A stretch of DNA of 32,000 bases, from the sequence record CAXNAD020000001.1; one strand, 5' to 3'. Below, piece after piece: positions 10,401 through 19,461 of the stretch. The notes beneath the pieces are model-generated. The model saw nothing but the letters and a program-made list of their open reading frames with translations. It had not been told where the DNA came from and did not search any database. Both the position numbers and the translations under genes were made by a program. Numbering within the stretch: position 1 is the first letter of the stretch; every line of letters begins with the position of its first letter.

Positions 10401-11360
10401 ATGACATTACTTATTCTTGGTGGAACTGGAACTTTAGGCCGACAAATCGTTAAAAAAGCTTTAGAAAATGGTTTTCCAGTTAGATGTATTGTAAGAAATA
10501 AAAAAACAGCAAATTTTTTAAAAGAATGGGGAGCAGAATTAATTTATGGTGATTTAAGTTTACCTGAAACATTACCTTTGTCTTTTCAAGGTATTACTGC
10601 TATAATTGATGCCTCTACCTCAAAATCACAAGATGATAATAACTTGTGGGATGTAGATTGGTACGGAAAATTAATTTTAATCGAATTAGCTAAATATATA
10701 AAAATAAAACGTTTTATTTTTATGTCAATATTAAATGCAGAAAAATATCCTTATATTACTTTAATGCAAATGAAAAGTAATATCGAAAAAATATTAAAAA
10801 ATTCAGGTATTCCTTTTACAATATTTAAATGTGGAGGGTTTTTTCAGGCATTAATAAATCAATATGCAATTCCTATTTTAGAACAAAAATCTATATTAAC
10901 AACAAGAGAATCAAAAAAAATTTCTTATATTGATACACAAGACGCCGCTAAGTTTTGTATTAAAAGTTTATGGATTCAAGAAACAAAAAATAAAAGTTTT
11001 TTTTTAGGTAGTATGCAAACTTGGAAATCAGAAGAAATTATAAATTTATGTGAGAAATTATCTGGTCAAAAAGCAAAAATTGAAGTTATCTCAATAATTT
11101 TTTTAAAGCTAATGCGTCAAATTACAGGTTTTTTTGAATGGACTCTTAAAGTAAGTGACCGTTTAGCTTTTATTGAGGTTTTAATTGATAAACAAAATTT
11201 TACATCTTCTATTTATTCAAGTTATAAAATTTTAAAGATAAATACTAATGAAATTTTAGAATTAGATTTTTATTTACAAGAATATTTTGAAATGATGTTA
11301 ATTACTTTAGAAAATTTAAATGTTGGAAAAATTCTTAATAAAAAAAATTTAATTCTTTAA
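10401..11360 (+). CDS. ycf39: Ycf39 (NmrA/atypical SDR-like, photosystem II assembly factor family)
   Basis: 319 aa with the N-terminal Rossmann motif LILGGTGTLGRQIVKKAL followed by VRCIVRN...FLKEWGAELIYGDL. Confidence 0.9.
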   Translation: MTLLILGGTGTLGRQIVKKALENGFPVRCIVRNKKTANFLKEWGAELIYGDLSLPETLPLSFQGITAIIDASTSKSQDDNNLWDVDWYGKLILIELAKYIKIKRFIFMSILNAEKYPYITLMQMKSNIEKILKNSGIPFTIFKCGGFFQALINQYAIPILEQKSILTTRESKKISYIDTQDAAKFCIKSLWIQETKNKSFFLGSMQTWKSEEIINLCEKLSGQKAKIEVISIIFLKLMRQITGFFEWTLKVSDRLAFIEVLIDKQNFTSSIYSSYKILKINTNEILELDFYLQEYFEMMLITLENLNVGKILNKKNLIL

Positions 11361-11371
11361 AATACTTCAAA

Positions 11372-11680
11372 ATGAATTATAGTATTTTCGTTATAAAAAT
11401 AATTTCTAATCCAATTTATAAAATTTATGGAGAAGAAAAAATGATAGAAACACTAGTTAAATTTCCATCTTTCTCACAAAAAAAATGTTATGATAAAGTT
11501 CAATTAAATTTTTGGGGAAATCATAGAAACGATTTTCTCGAATATTATAGACTTAAAGATTATTTAATTATCGAAGGAATAATTTCTTTAAACAATAATT
11601 TTAATGAAATTAATATTACTGTTAAAAAAATTTATCCATTTATATTAAATGATGAAGCTCTATATGATAAATTTTTTTAA
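11372..11680 (+). CDS. ycf41: OB-fold SSB-like protein, ycf41-like
   Basis: 102 aa. The pattern N-x-F-V-I-K-I-I-S-N-P ... VQLNFWGN ... YYRLKDYLIIEGIISL resembles single-strand-binding/Ycf41 proteins. The call rests on memory of the family, not a search. Confidence 0.5.
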   Translation: MNYSIFVIKIISNPIYKIYGEEKMIETLVKFPSFSQKKCYDKVQLNFWGNHRNDFLEYYRLKDYLIIEGIISLNNNFNEINITVKKIYPFILNDEALYDKFF

Positions 11681-11740
11681 AAAATAAATAAAAAATAAAT
11701 AAAAAATAAATAAAAAATAAATAAAAAATAAATAAAAAAT
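11679..11740. repeat. 11-bp tandem repeat (aaaaaataaat), 5 full copies plus 7 nt
   Basis: T positions recur with an exact 11-nt period (11685/96/707/718/729/740 and 11689/700/711/722/733). The repeat starts inside the ycf41 stop codon. The following tttatttttt (11740-11749) can pair with any repeat unit. Confidence 0.9.
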
Positions 11741-11757
11741 TTATTTTTTAATTTATT

Positions 11758-13170
11758 TTAATCAATTGGACGCATAGAAAGTACTGCTTCAGTTTGACGA
11801 TTAATTCCTTTTTCAAAACCAGCAGCAGCAGCTCGTGCACGACCAGAATGCCACCAATGACCAACTAATAAGAAAAACCCTAAAAAGAAATGTGAAGTTG
11901 TTAACCAAGAACGAGGAGAAACATAATTAACAGAATTGATTTCTGTAGCAACACCACCTACTGAATTTAATGAACCTAATGGAGCATGTGTCATATATTC
12001 AGCAGCACGTCTTTCTTGCCAAGGTTGTATATCATATTTAATTTTATTTATGTCTAATCCATTAGGACCACGTAAAGGTTCTACCCATGGAGCACGTAAA
12101 TCCCAAAAACGCATTGTTTCTCCACCAAAAATAATTTCTCCACTTGGTGAACGCATTAAATATTTACCTAAACCAGTTGGACCTTGAGCTGAAGCTACAT
12201 TAGCTCCTAAACGTTGATCTCGAACTAAAAAAGTAAAGGCTTGAGATTGCGAAGCTTCTGGTCCAGTAGGTCCAAAAAACTCACTCGGATAAGCAGTGTT
12301 ATTATACCATACAAAAATTGAAGCTGTTAATCCCATAACAGATAATGCAGCTAAACTATATGATAAATAAGCTTCTCCTGACCATACAAAAACTGTACGA
12401 GCCCAATCAAATGGTTTAGTTAAAATATGAAAAATTCCACCAAAAATACAAAGAATACCAACCCAAATATGTCCTCCAACTAAATCTTCTAGATTATCGA
12501 TTGAAGCAATCCAACCATCACCACCAAAAGGTGATTTTAAAACATATCCAAAAATTACAATAGGATTTAATGTTGGACTATTAATTACTCGAACATCACC
12601 ACCACCAGGAGCCCATGTGTCATAAAGTCCACCAGCATACATGGCTTTTAAAACAAGTAAAAATGAACCAATACCTAATAAAATTAAATGAATACCTAAA
12701 ATAGTTGTCATTTTATTTTTATCACGCCAATCATATCCAAAAAATGGAAATGATTCTTCTAAAGTATCAGGCCCTATTAAAGAATGATAAATACCACCAA
12801 AACCTAATACAGCTGATGAAATTAAATGTAAAACACCCACTACAAAATAAGGAAAAGTGTTTACAATTTCTCCACCTGGACCAACACCCCACCCTAAAGT
12901 AGCTAAATGAGGAATTAAAATAAAACCTTGTTCATATAATGGTTTTTCAGGGATATAATGAGAAACCTCAAATAATGTCATTGCTCCAGTCCAAAAAACC
13001 ATAATTCCCGCATGAGCAACATGTGCTCCTAATAATTTTCCAGATACATTAATAAGACGAGCATTACCTGACCACCAAGCAAAACCTGTAGATTCAATAT
13101 CTCGACCTGCTACAATATTAAAGGGCGTTTCCACGTGGTAAAACCTCCTCAGGGAATACAAAATTTTCAT
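11758..13170 (-). CDS. psbC: Photosystem II CP43 chlorophyll apoprotein
   Basis: The start is set at the Met of [18 protein letters not shown], the canonical CP43 N-terminus, 10 codons inside the ORF-track ORF. This gives 470 aa. It overlaps psbD by 53 nt. Confidence 0.95.
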   Translation of the reverse strand: MKILYSLRRFYHVETPFNIVAGRDIESTGFAWWSGNARLINVSGKLLGAHVAHAGIMVFWTGAMTLFEVSHYIPEKPLYEQGFILIPHLATLGWGVGPGGEIVNTFPYFVVGVLHLISSAVLGFGGIYHSLIGPDTLEESFPFFGYDWRDKNKMTTILGIHLILLGIGSFLLVLKAMYAGGLYDTWAPGGGDVRVINSPTLNPIVIFGYVLKSPFGGDGWIASIDNLEDLVGGHIWVGILCIFGGIFHILTKPFDWARTVFVWSGEAYLSYSLAALSVMGLTASIFVWYNNTAYPSEFFGPTGPEASQSQAFTFLVRDQRLGANVASAQGPTGLGKYLMRSPSGEIIFGGETMRFWDLRAPWVEPLRGPNGLDINKIKYDIQPWQERRAAEYMTHAPLGSLNSVGGVATEINSVNYVSPRSWLTTSHFFLGFFLLVGHWWHSGRARAAAAGFEKGINRQTEAVLSMRPID

Positions 13171-14173
13171 GTGGCTGATCTTGTGCAGCCATCCAAGCAC
13201 GAATACCTTCGTTTAATAAAATATTTTTCGTATAAAATGTTTCAAATTCTGGATCTTCAGCAGCGCGAAGTTCTTGTGAAACAAAATCGTATGCACGTAA
13301 ATTTAATGCAAGTCCTACAATTCCTATAGCACTTGTCCATAATCCTGTTACAGGAACAAATAACATGAAGAAGTGTAACCAACGTTTATTAGAAAATGCA
13401 ACACCAAAAATTTGTGACCAAAAACGATTTGCTGTTACCATAGAGTATGTTTCTTCAGATTGTGTTGGTGTAAAAGCACGAAAAGTATTTGCAGCATCTC
13501 CATCTTCAAATAATGTATTTTCTACAGTTGCGCCATGAATTGCACATAATAAAGCACCACCTAAAATACCTGCAACACCCATCATATGGAAAGGATTTAA
13601 TGTCCAGTTATGAAAACCTTGTAAAAAAAGTAGAAAACGAAATATTGCTGCTACTCCAAAACTTGGAGCAAAAAACCAACTTGCTTGTCCTAATGGATAT
13701 AATAAAAATACTGATACAAAAATAGAAATAGGACCAGAAAAAGCAATGGCATTATAAGGTCGAATACCTACTAAACGAGCAATTTCAAATTGACGTAAAC
13801 AAAAGCCAATTAGAGCAAATGCTCCATGTAAAGCAATAAAAGTCCATAATCCACCAATTTGGAACCAACGAGTAAAATTACCTTGAGCTTCAGGTCCCCA
13901 TAATAATAATAAAGAATGTCCCATACTATTAGAAGGACTAGAAACAGCAGCAGTTAAAAAATTACAACCTTCTAAATAAGAACTTGCTAAACCATGAGTA
14001 TACCATGATGTTACAAAAGTTGTTCCTGTAAACCATCCACCTAATGCTAAATAAGCAGTAGGAAAAAGAAGTAAACCTGACCACCCAATGAAAACAAAAC
14101 GATCTCTTTTTAACCAATCATCTATAAGGTCAAAAATACCTGGTTGTTTTATTTGTCCAATTGTGATAGTCAT
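13118..14173 (-). CDS. psbD: Photosystem II D2 protein
   Basis: The start is set at [33 protein letters not shown], the canonical D2 N-terminus, 11 codons inside the ORF. This gives 351 aa ending ...VLPRGNAL. Confidence 0.97.
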   Translation of the reverse strand: MTITIGQIKQPGIFDLIDDWLKRDRFVFIGWSGLLLFPTAYLALGGWFTGTTFVTSWYTHGLASSYLEGCNFLTAAVSSPSNSMGHSLLLLWGPEAQGNFTRWFQIGGLWTFIALHGAFALIGFCLRQFEIARLVGIRPYNAIAFSGPISIFVSVFLLYPLGQASWFFAPSFGVAAIFRFLLFLQGFHNWTLNPFHMMGVAGILGGALLCAIHGATVENTLFEDGDAANTFRAFTPTQSEETYSMVTANRFWSQIFGVAFSNKRWLHFFMLFVPVTGLWTSAIGIVGLALNLRAYDFVSQELRAAEDPEFETFYTKNILLNEGIRAWMAAQDQPHENFVFPEEVLPRGNAL

Positions 14174-14299
14174 ACAATAATAAAAAAGAGGTATTATAAA
14201 ATACAATTAATGTATTAAAGCTTAATTTAAAAATTTAGATTTCAAACTTTTTTTAACTTTTGAGTTTCTTTTCAACTTTTATTTTTTCTAGTAAATTAG

Positions 14300-14371
14300 C
14301 TCCCCAGGTAGGATTTGAACCTACGACCCATCGGTTAACAGCCGAATGCTCTACCACTGAGCTACTAAGGA
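14300..14371 (-). tRNA. trnN: tRNA-Asn (anticodon GUU)
   Basis: The reverse complement reads TCCTTAG TA GCTC AGTGGTA GAGC A TTCGG CTGTTAA CCGAT GGGTC GTAGG TTCAAAT CCTAC CTGGGGA G. It is near-identical in form to plastid trnN. Confidence 0.93.
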
Positions 14372-14438
14372 AAAATAATATTTTCTTATTTTATTATATA
14401 GATATATCTATATAATAAAATAAGAAAATATTATTTTT
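14371..14438. repeat. Perfect 68-nt palindrome (34-bp arms, no spacer) between rps4 and trnN
   Basis: All 34 pairs from 14404:14405 out to 14371:14438 are complementary. The next pair, 14370:14439, is g:g. Position 14371 is also nucleotide 1 of trnN. Confidence 0.92.
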
Positions 14439-14452
14439 GTTAATATAATTTA

Positions 14453-15082
14453 TTAAAGAAGACGAGAATAATATTCAATTACAAGCATATAATTTACTTT
14501 AAAAAAAATATCTTCAAGCGTTATTAAATTTTTAATTTTTGCTTCTAATAATTGGGGATTAAATTCTATATGTGTATTTGTAATTTTATAATTTATTTTA
14601 TTTAAATTATCTTGAGCTAATTTTTTTGTTTTAGGTTTGTTTTTAACAATAATTATATCACCAGGTTGGCATTGAAAACTACAAATATTTATTTTTTTTT
14701 TATTTACAAAAATATGATTATGATTTATAAATTGTCTAGCTGCTGGAATTGTCGGTGCTAATCCTAAACGAAAAAGAATATTATCTAATCGCATTTCTAA
14801 TAATTGCATTAAAAAAAAACCAGTTAAACCTTTTTGTGAGCGAGCTTTTTTAATATAATTTAATAATTGACGTTCTGTTAATCCATAATTATAACGAAGT
14901 TTTTGTTTTTCATATAATCTAATTTTATATGCTGAAGCTTTAATTTTTTTTTGTTCCGCTATTGTTTTACCATGTTGACCTGGAGTTTTTTCTCTATTTT
15001 TCGGTAAAATTTTTGTAGTTAAACCTGGTAAATCACCAAGTCTTCGTATAATTCTAAATCGAGGTCCTTTATATCGTGACAT
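14453..15082 (-). CDS. rps4: 30S ribosomal protein S4
   Basis: 209 aa starting [22 protein letters not shown], with the S4 RNA-binding domain [30 protein letters not shown]. Confidence 0.96.
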   Translation of the reverse strand: MSRYKGPRFRIIRRLGDLPGLTTKILPKNREKTPGQHGKTIAEQKKIKASAYKIRLYEKQKLRYNYGLTERQLLNYIKKARSQKGLTGFFLMQLLEMRLDNILFRLGLAPTIPAARQFINHNHIFVNKKKINICSFQCQPGDIIIVKNKPKTKKLAQDNLNKINYKITNTHIEFNPQLLEAKIKNLITLEDIFFKVNYMLVIEYYSRLL

Positions 15083-15178
15083 ATAAACTTTATAAAAAAT
15101 TTAAATTTAAATTATTCAACTAATAACCTTAAATATAAACATCAAATAATAATATTATTATATTATATATATGTATAT

Positions 15179-15252
15179 GAGCTTGTAGCTCAGTGGACTA
15201 GAGCACGTGGCTACGAACTACGGTGTCGGGGGTTCGAATCCCTCCTAGCTTG
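15179..15252 (+). tRNA. trnR: tRNA-Arg (anticodon ACG)
   Basis: Cloverleaf with D arm GCTC/GAGC, anticodon stem-loop CGTGG-CTACGAA-CTACG and T arm GGGGG-TTCGAAT-CCCTC. The acceptor stem has one T:T mismatch. Confidence 0.88.
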
Positions 15253-15258
15253 ATTTTT

Positions 15259-15330
15259 TGGGGTGTAGCCAAGTGGTAAGGCAGTGGACTTTGACTCCGC
15301 CATTCGTAGGTTCGAATCCTCCCACCCCAG
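15259..15330 (+). tRNA. trnQ: tRNA-Gln (anticodon UUG)
   Basis: The acceptor TGGGGTG/CACCCCA is perfect, the anticodon loop is CTTTGAC and the T loop is TTCGAAT. It lies 6 nt downstream of trnR(ACG). Confidence 0.9.
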
Positions 15331-15343
15331 GTTGTTATTACTA

Positions 15344-15739
15344 TTATAGATAAATAAATTTTTCTAATAGTAATAAATTCGATATAATTTTAATATAATT
15401 TTTATTAAATATTTTATTTAATTGAAATAAATAAATAAATAATATTAATTGTTTTTTATATAATTGAGATAATTTTAATTTTTTATTCATTAAAAAAATA
15501 TAATTTTTTTTTTTCAAAAAAAAAATATTTTTAATTTGTTTTATTAAATTTTGAGTGTAAAATATATTGATATTTAAAAAAATAAAACTTAAAAAATTCA
15601 TTTTTAAGCTTTTATTTTTTTTGAATATTAAATTATTTTTTAATAAAGTATCTATTAATGATCTATAAAATATAGGATCTATTATTTTTATATAATAAAA
15701 AATAATAACTATGATTTTTTTTATATATTTGTTTATCAT
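15344..15739 (-). CDS. Orphan ORF (131 codons), Lys/Asn/Ile/Phe/Leu-rich, basic; no family recognised
   Basis: This is the only stop-free frame among the six in a stretch of very low G+C, where TAA should be frequent by chance. It is co-directional with, and 39 nt downstream of, ycf65. I see no recognisable motif. Confidence 0.45.
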   Translation of the reverse strand: MINKYIKKIIVIIFYYIKIIDPIFYRSLIDTLLKNNLIFKKNKSLKMNFLSFIFLNINIFYTQNLIKQIKNIFFLKKKNYIFLMNKKLKLSQLYKKQLILFIYLFQLNKIFNKNYIKIISNLLLLEKFIYL

Positions 15740-15778
15740 TATAAGTAATTGTTATCCATTATTATATATATATGAGAT

Positions 15779-16090
15779 TTAAATACTTGCTATTAATTCA
15801 AAATTTAATTTAGAACTATCTTGTACTAATTTTGTAATTCCTTCAATTTTGTTTGAATTAATTAACCAATAATTAATTAAAATAGTATAATTATTTAAAA
15901 TTTCAATACAATCTTCTTTTAACATCCAAGGTTTATTAAATAATTCTGCTTTTAATAATTCCCAACCATTTTCTCTCGGCCAAAAAAAAAAACTTGTAAT
16001 TGGTATTGAAATATTTTTTTGTTTTTGATTAACTGCTAAACCTAGATAATTTTTACTCCAAATAATTTTAAATGAATAATTATTTTTCAT
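15779..16090 (-). CDS. ycf65: Plastid-specific 30S ribosomal protein 3 (PSRP-3 / Ycf65)
   Basis: 103 aa. LGLAVNQ...ITSFFFWPRENGWELLKAELFNKPWM...INYW matches the Ycf65/PSRP-3 signature (FFWPR..D.WE.LK..L..KPW). The start is 2 nt after the rps16 stop. Confidence 0.85.
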   Translation of the reverse strand: MKNNYSFKIIWSKNYLGLAVNQKQKNISIPITSFFFWPRENGWELLKAELFNKPWMLKEDCIEILNNYTILINYWLINSNKIEGITKLVQDSSKLNFELIASI

Positions 16091-16092
16091 AA

Positions 16093-16332
16093 TTATTTTA
16101 ATTGAATATGTAATTTTTTTAATAAATTTTTAACAACTAACGTTGGTTGAGCTCCATGTTTTAATCGAATTAATACACGTTCTTTATTTATATGTAAATT
16201 TTTTTTTAATGGATCATAAAATCCTAATTCTTCTATTGTTTTTCCATCACGTTTTAATAAACTTTGCATTAACACAATTCTATAAAAAGGTTTTTTCTTT
16301 CTACCACAACGTTTAAATTTGATTTTTAACAT
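16093..16332 (-). CDS. rps16: 30S ribosomal protein S16
   Basis: 79 aa starting MLKIKFKRCGRKKKPFYRIVLMQSLLKRDGKTIEELGFYDPL. Confidence 0.95.
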   Translation of the reverse strand: MLKIKFKRCGRKKKPFYRIVLMQSLLKRDGKTIEELGFYDPLKKNLHINKERVLIRLKHGAQPTLVVKNLLKKLHIQLK

Positions 16333-16387
16333 ATAGTTATATAATTATTTTTCTTAATTAATAATACTAAAACTCTGAATATTTAAA

Positions 16388-16684
16388 TTATAAAAAATGA
16401 ATTGAATCTAGCGTTTGAATTAAATATTCTAAAAATGTAAATGCTAACATAGCTGACATATTCATACCCAGTATATCCGGTAATATATCATCAAACATTT
16501 CTAAAAAAAAATCCGTCATAAAAATTAATATATAAAATGGTGTAATATAAGGATTAAGATTAGGAAACCATTGCATACTTAATCGTAAAGTTAAAATCCA
16601 ATAATAAATATGTACCAATAAACATGTAGAATAGATAAGATCATTCAAAAATTGTCCTGTGGGAGTTACCGCCATACTTGGCAT
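16388..16684 (-). CDS. ycf19: YggT-family membrane protein Ycf19
   Basis: 98 aa. TLRLSMQWFPNLNPYITPFYILIFMTDFFLEMFDDILP fits the YGGT repeat. An AAGGAG box lies 7 nt upstream of the ATG. Confidence 0.8.
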   Translation of the reverse strand: MPSMAVTPTGQFLNDLIYSTCLLVHIYYWILTLRLSMQWFPNLNPYITPFYILIFMTDFFLEMFDDILPDILGMNMSAMLAFTFLEYLIQTLDSIHFL

Positions 16685-16715
16685 AGACTTTCTCCTTTAT
16701 TCAATAAATATAAAT

Positions 16716-16755
16716 TTTTTAATTTTTTTATTCATTTAAATAAAAAAATTAAAAA
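16716..16755. terminator. 17-bp perfect A/T hairpin (6-nt loop) downstream of sufC and upstream of ycf19
   Basis: 16716-16732 pairs exactly with 16755-16739, with loop catt ta. It lies 18 nt after the sufC stop on the - strand. Its function is inferred only. Confidence 0.4.
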
Positions 16756-16772
16756 GTAGAAATAAAAATATA

Positions 16773-17546
16773 TCATAACGTAATATTATTTAACCATTTA
16801 TAACCTCTTTCTTCTAACAAATTCGCTAAATTAGAATTTCCTGTTTTTATAATAACTCCTTCTTGCATAACATGTATATAATTAGGTTTAATATACTCTA
16901 ATAATCTTTTATAATGTGTAATTAAGATTATACTTTTTTTTTTATTCATTAATTTATTAATTACTTCAGAAATTATTCGTAATGCATCAATATCTAATCC
17001 GGAATCTGTTTCATCTAAAATTCCTAAAGTCGAATCCAATAATGCAAATTGTAAAATTTCATTTCTTTTTTTTTCACCACCAGAAAATCCTTCATTAACA
17101 TTTCTATAAAGAAATGTTTTATCCATATTAACCATATTTAATTTTTCAAAAATAATTTGAGAAAATTCAATAGGGTTGACAGATGGTAAATTTAATGCTT
17201 TTTGTTTAGCATTATAAGCTAATCTTAAAAAATCTTCATTACTTACACCTCCAATTTCAACAGGATATTGAAAAGCTAAAAATAATCCTAAATGAGAACG
17301 TTTGTCTGGTTCTAATTCAAGAATACTTTCTCCTTTAAATAAAATGTCACCTTCTAACACAGTATATGAAGGATGACCAGCAATTATTTTTGAAAAAGTA
17401 CTTTTTCCAGAACCATTAGTTCCCATTATAGCATGAATTTCTCCTTCATAAATAGATAAATTTAAACCTTTTAAAATTTTAATATTATTTATACTTGCAT
17501 GTAAATTTTTTATTTCTAAAAGCGGTAATTCTTTAATTTTTTTCAT
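16773..17546 (-). CDS. sufC: Fe-S cluster assembly ATPase SufC
   Basis: 257 aa with Walker [13 protein letters not shown] signature [11 protein letters not shown] and Walker [13 protein letters not shown]. The ATG overlaps the sufB TGA (ATGA). Confidence 0.97.
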   Translation of the reverse strand: MKKIKELPLLEIKNLHASINNIKILKGLNLSIYEGEIHAIMGTNGSGKSTFSKIIAGHPSYTVLEGDILFKGESILELEPDKRSHLGLFLAFQYPVEIGGVSNEDFLRLAYNAKQKALNLPSVNPIEFSQIIFEKLNMVNMDKTFLYRNVNEGFSGGEKKRNEILQFALLDSTLGILDETDSGLDIDALRIISEVINKLMNKKKSIILITHYKRLLEYIKPNYIHVMQEGVIIKTGNSNLANLLEERGYKWLNNITL

Positions 17547-18988
17547 CCTACACTTCCTTCAAGTTTTAAATTTAATAATTGATCAGCTTCTAAAGCAAAT
17601 TCCATAGGTAATTCTGTAAAAACATCACGACAAAACCCACTAATAATTAAACTTATAGCTTCTTCAATATTAATTCCACGTTGTAAAAAATAAAAAAGTT
17701 GTTCTTCACCAATTTTAGAAGTCGATGCCTCATGTTCAATTCGTGCTGTAGAATTTTGTACTTGAATATAAGGAAAAGTATTTGCTTGTGAATTATTATC
17801 AATCAAAAGAGAATCACATTGAGAAAAATTTCTACTATTAAAAGCTTTTAAACCAATTTTTACTAAACCACGATAACTATTTTTTGAATTACCTGTAGAA
17901 ATACCTTTTGAAATTATTTGACTTCTGGTATTTGGTCCAATATGAATCATTTTTGTTCCCGTATCAGCTTGTTGGTAATTATTTGTTAATGCTACTGAAT
18001 AAAATTCACCTTTTGATTCGTTACCAATTAAAACACAACTAGGATATTTCCATGTAATTGCAGATCCTGTTTCTACTTGCGTCCATGAAATTTTCGAATT
18101 TTCTCCTATACATAAACCACGTTTTGTTACAAAATTATAAATTCCACCAATTCCATTTTTATCACCAGCATACCAATTTTGAACAGTTGAATATTTAATT
18201 TCCGCATTTTTAAAGGCAATCAACTCAACAATTGCCGCATGTAATTGATTTGTATCATATTGTGGAGCTGTACATCCTTCTAAATAACTAACATAACTAC
18301 CTTCTTCTGCTATAATTAAAGTTCGTTCAAATTGACCAGATTCTTTATTATTTATACGAAAATAAGTTGATAATTCTAAAGGGCATTTTAAATTTTTTGG
18401 AATATAACAAAATGAGCCATCTGTAAAAACCGCGGAATTTAAGGCTGCAAAAAAGTTATCTCCAATAGGGACAACACTTCCTAAAAAAGTTTTTATTAAA
18501 TTAGGATAATTTTTAATTGCGTCAGAAATAGAACAAAAAATAACACCATATTTAGATAATTCATCTTTAAAAGTGGTTGTTATTGAAACACTATCAAAAA
18601 CAGCATCAACAGCTACATTTGTTAAACGTTTTTGTTCATTTAAGGAAATTCCTAATTTATCAAAAGTATTTCTTAATTCTAAACTAACTTCATCAAGACT
18701 ATTTAAAGTTTTTTTTATTTTAGGCGCAGAATAATAGATAATTTTTTGGTAATTTATATCTGGTAAAATTAATTGTGCCCAATTAGGATTTTTAATTTTT
18801 TTCCATTTATCTAAAGCTCGTATTCTAAAATCAAACATATAATCAGGTTCATTATTTTTGTTGATAATAGTTTGGATTATATTTTTATTTAAACCTGGAG
18901 GAATTGTTTCAATTTCTATATCTGTTGAAAATCCATATTTATACGGTTGATTTACCAATTTTTTTAATGTCGGGTTTTTATTATTCAT
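17543..18988 (-). CDS. sufB: Fe-S cluster assembly scaffold SufB
   Basis: 481 aa containing [28 protein letters not shown] and [26 protein letters not shown]. Confidence 0.97.
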   Translation of the reverse strand: MNNKNPTLKKLVNQPYKYGFSTDIEIETIPPGLNKNIIQTIINKNNEPDYMFDFRIRALDKWKKIKNPNWAQLILPDINYQKIIYYSAPKIKKTLNSLDEVSLELRNTFDKLGISLNEQKRLTNVAVDAVFDSVSITTTFKDELSKYGVIFCSISDAIKNYPNLIKTFLGSVVPIGDNFFAALNSAVFTDGSFCYIPKNLKCPLELSTYFRINNKESGQFERTLIIAEEGSYVSYLEGCTAPQYDTNQLHAAIVELIAFKNAEIKYSTVQNWYAGDKNGIGGIYNFVTKRGLCIGENSKISWTQVETGSAITWKYPSCVLIGNESKGEFYSVALTNNYQQADTGTKMIHIGPNTRSQIISKGISTGNSKNSYRGLVKIGLKAFNSRNFSQCDSLLIDNNSQANTFPYIQVQNSTARIEHEASTSKIGEEQLFYFLQRGINIEEAISLIISGFCRDVFTELPMEFALEADQLLNLKLEGSVG

Positions 18989-19173
18989 AATAATTTCAAT
19001 TTATAATTATAAAATAAAAGATTAAAATATGATCAAAATAAATTAATAATAACAAATATTTATTCTTATTATAATATATATTTATTATTATTAGTAAATA
19101 TAGATATATATTATTATATCTGTAAAGGTCAAATAAATTTAACAAATTCTTTAAATTTTATAAGTACATTTTT

Positions 19174-19246
19174 TAGACTCAGTAGGAATCGAACCTACAT
19201 TAAAAACTTAGAAGGTTTTTGTCCTATTCCGTTAGACGATGAGTCC
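19174..19246 (-). tRNA. trnR: tRNA-Arg (anticodon UCU)
   Basis: The reverse complement folds as GGACTCA TC GTCT..GGAC A AAAAC CTTCTAA GTTTT TAAT GTAGG TTCGATT CCTAC TGAGTCT A. It has a G1:U72 wobble and a 4-nt variable loop. Confidence 0.85.
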
Positions 19247-19254
19247 TAATTAAA

Positions 19255-19326
19255 TAGGCGGTACTGGATTTGAACCAGTGACCATCTGCTTGTAAGGCAG
19301 ACGCTCTACCACTGAGCTAACCGCCT
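19255..19326 (-). tRNA. trnV: tRNA-Val (anticodon UAC)
   Basis: The reverse complement reads AGGCGGT TA GCTC AGTGGTA GAGC G TCTGC CTTACAA GCAGA TGGTC ACTGG TTCAAAT CCAGT ACCGCCT A. All stems are perfect. Confidence 0.93.
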
Positions 19327-19333
19327 AATGAAA

Positions 19334-19376
19334 AATTTTAATAATAACATTATTATATATTAATATTATTAAAATT
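19334..19376. repeat. Inverted repeat (13-bp stem, 17-nt loop) in the trnT-trnV spacer
   Basis: aattttaataata (19334-19346) is the exact reverse complement of tattattaaaatt (19364-19376). Confidence 0.6.
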
Positions 19377-19377
19377 A

Positions 19378-19450
19378 AGCTGATAAAAGGACTTGAACCT
19401 TCAACCTACTGATTACAAATCAGTAGCTCTACCAATTGAGCTATATCAGC
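19378..19450 (-). tRNA. trnT: tRNA-Thr (anticodon UGU)
   Basis: The reverse complement reads GCTGATA TA GCTC AATTGGTA GAGC T ACTGA TTTGTAA TCAGT AGGTT GAAGG TTCAAGT CCTTT TATCAGC T. Confidence 0.92.
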
Positions 19451-19461
19451 AAAATAATAAG

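Noticed and set aside
11679-11740. Considered whether the 11-bp periodic repeat could be a CRISPR-like array
   Set aside because: The units are contiguous with no spacers, only 11 bp long, pure A/T, and there are no cas genes. It is a simple tandem repeat.
11936-12902. Two ORFs (83 and 65 aa) antisense to psbC
   Set aside because: psbC is unambiguous and highly conserved. The antisense frames show no motifs and are typical shadows of a relatively G/C-richer gene.
13171-13200. 10-codon N-terminal extension of psbC ([10 protein letters not shown]) in the ORF track
   Set aside because: The canonical CP43 N-terminus MK(T/I)[11 protein letters not shown] starts at the internal Met (13170). The extension lies within psbD coding sequence and has no counterpart that I know of.
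13135-13725. Two ORFs (64 and 78 aa) antisense to psbD/psbC
   Set aside because: Same reasoning: they lie inside conserved psbD on the opposite strand.
14174-14206. 11-codon N-terminal extension of psbD ([11 protein letters not shown])
   Set aside because: The D2 N-terminus MTI(A/T)IG... begins at the internal ATG (14173). The extension is AT-rich leader sequence that happens to be open.
15504-15525. T11-C-A10 tract inside ORF131 as a possible hairpin or regulatory element
   Set aside because: It is low-complexity homopolymer pairing and is read in frame as FFLKKK. I mention it only as a slippage risk under the ORF131 finding.
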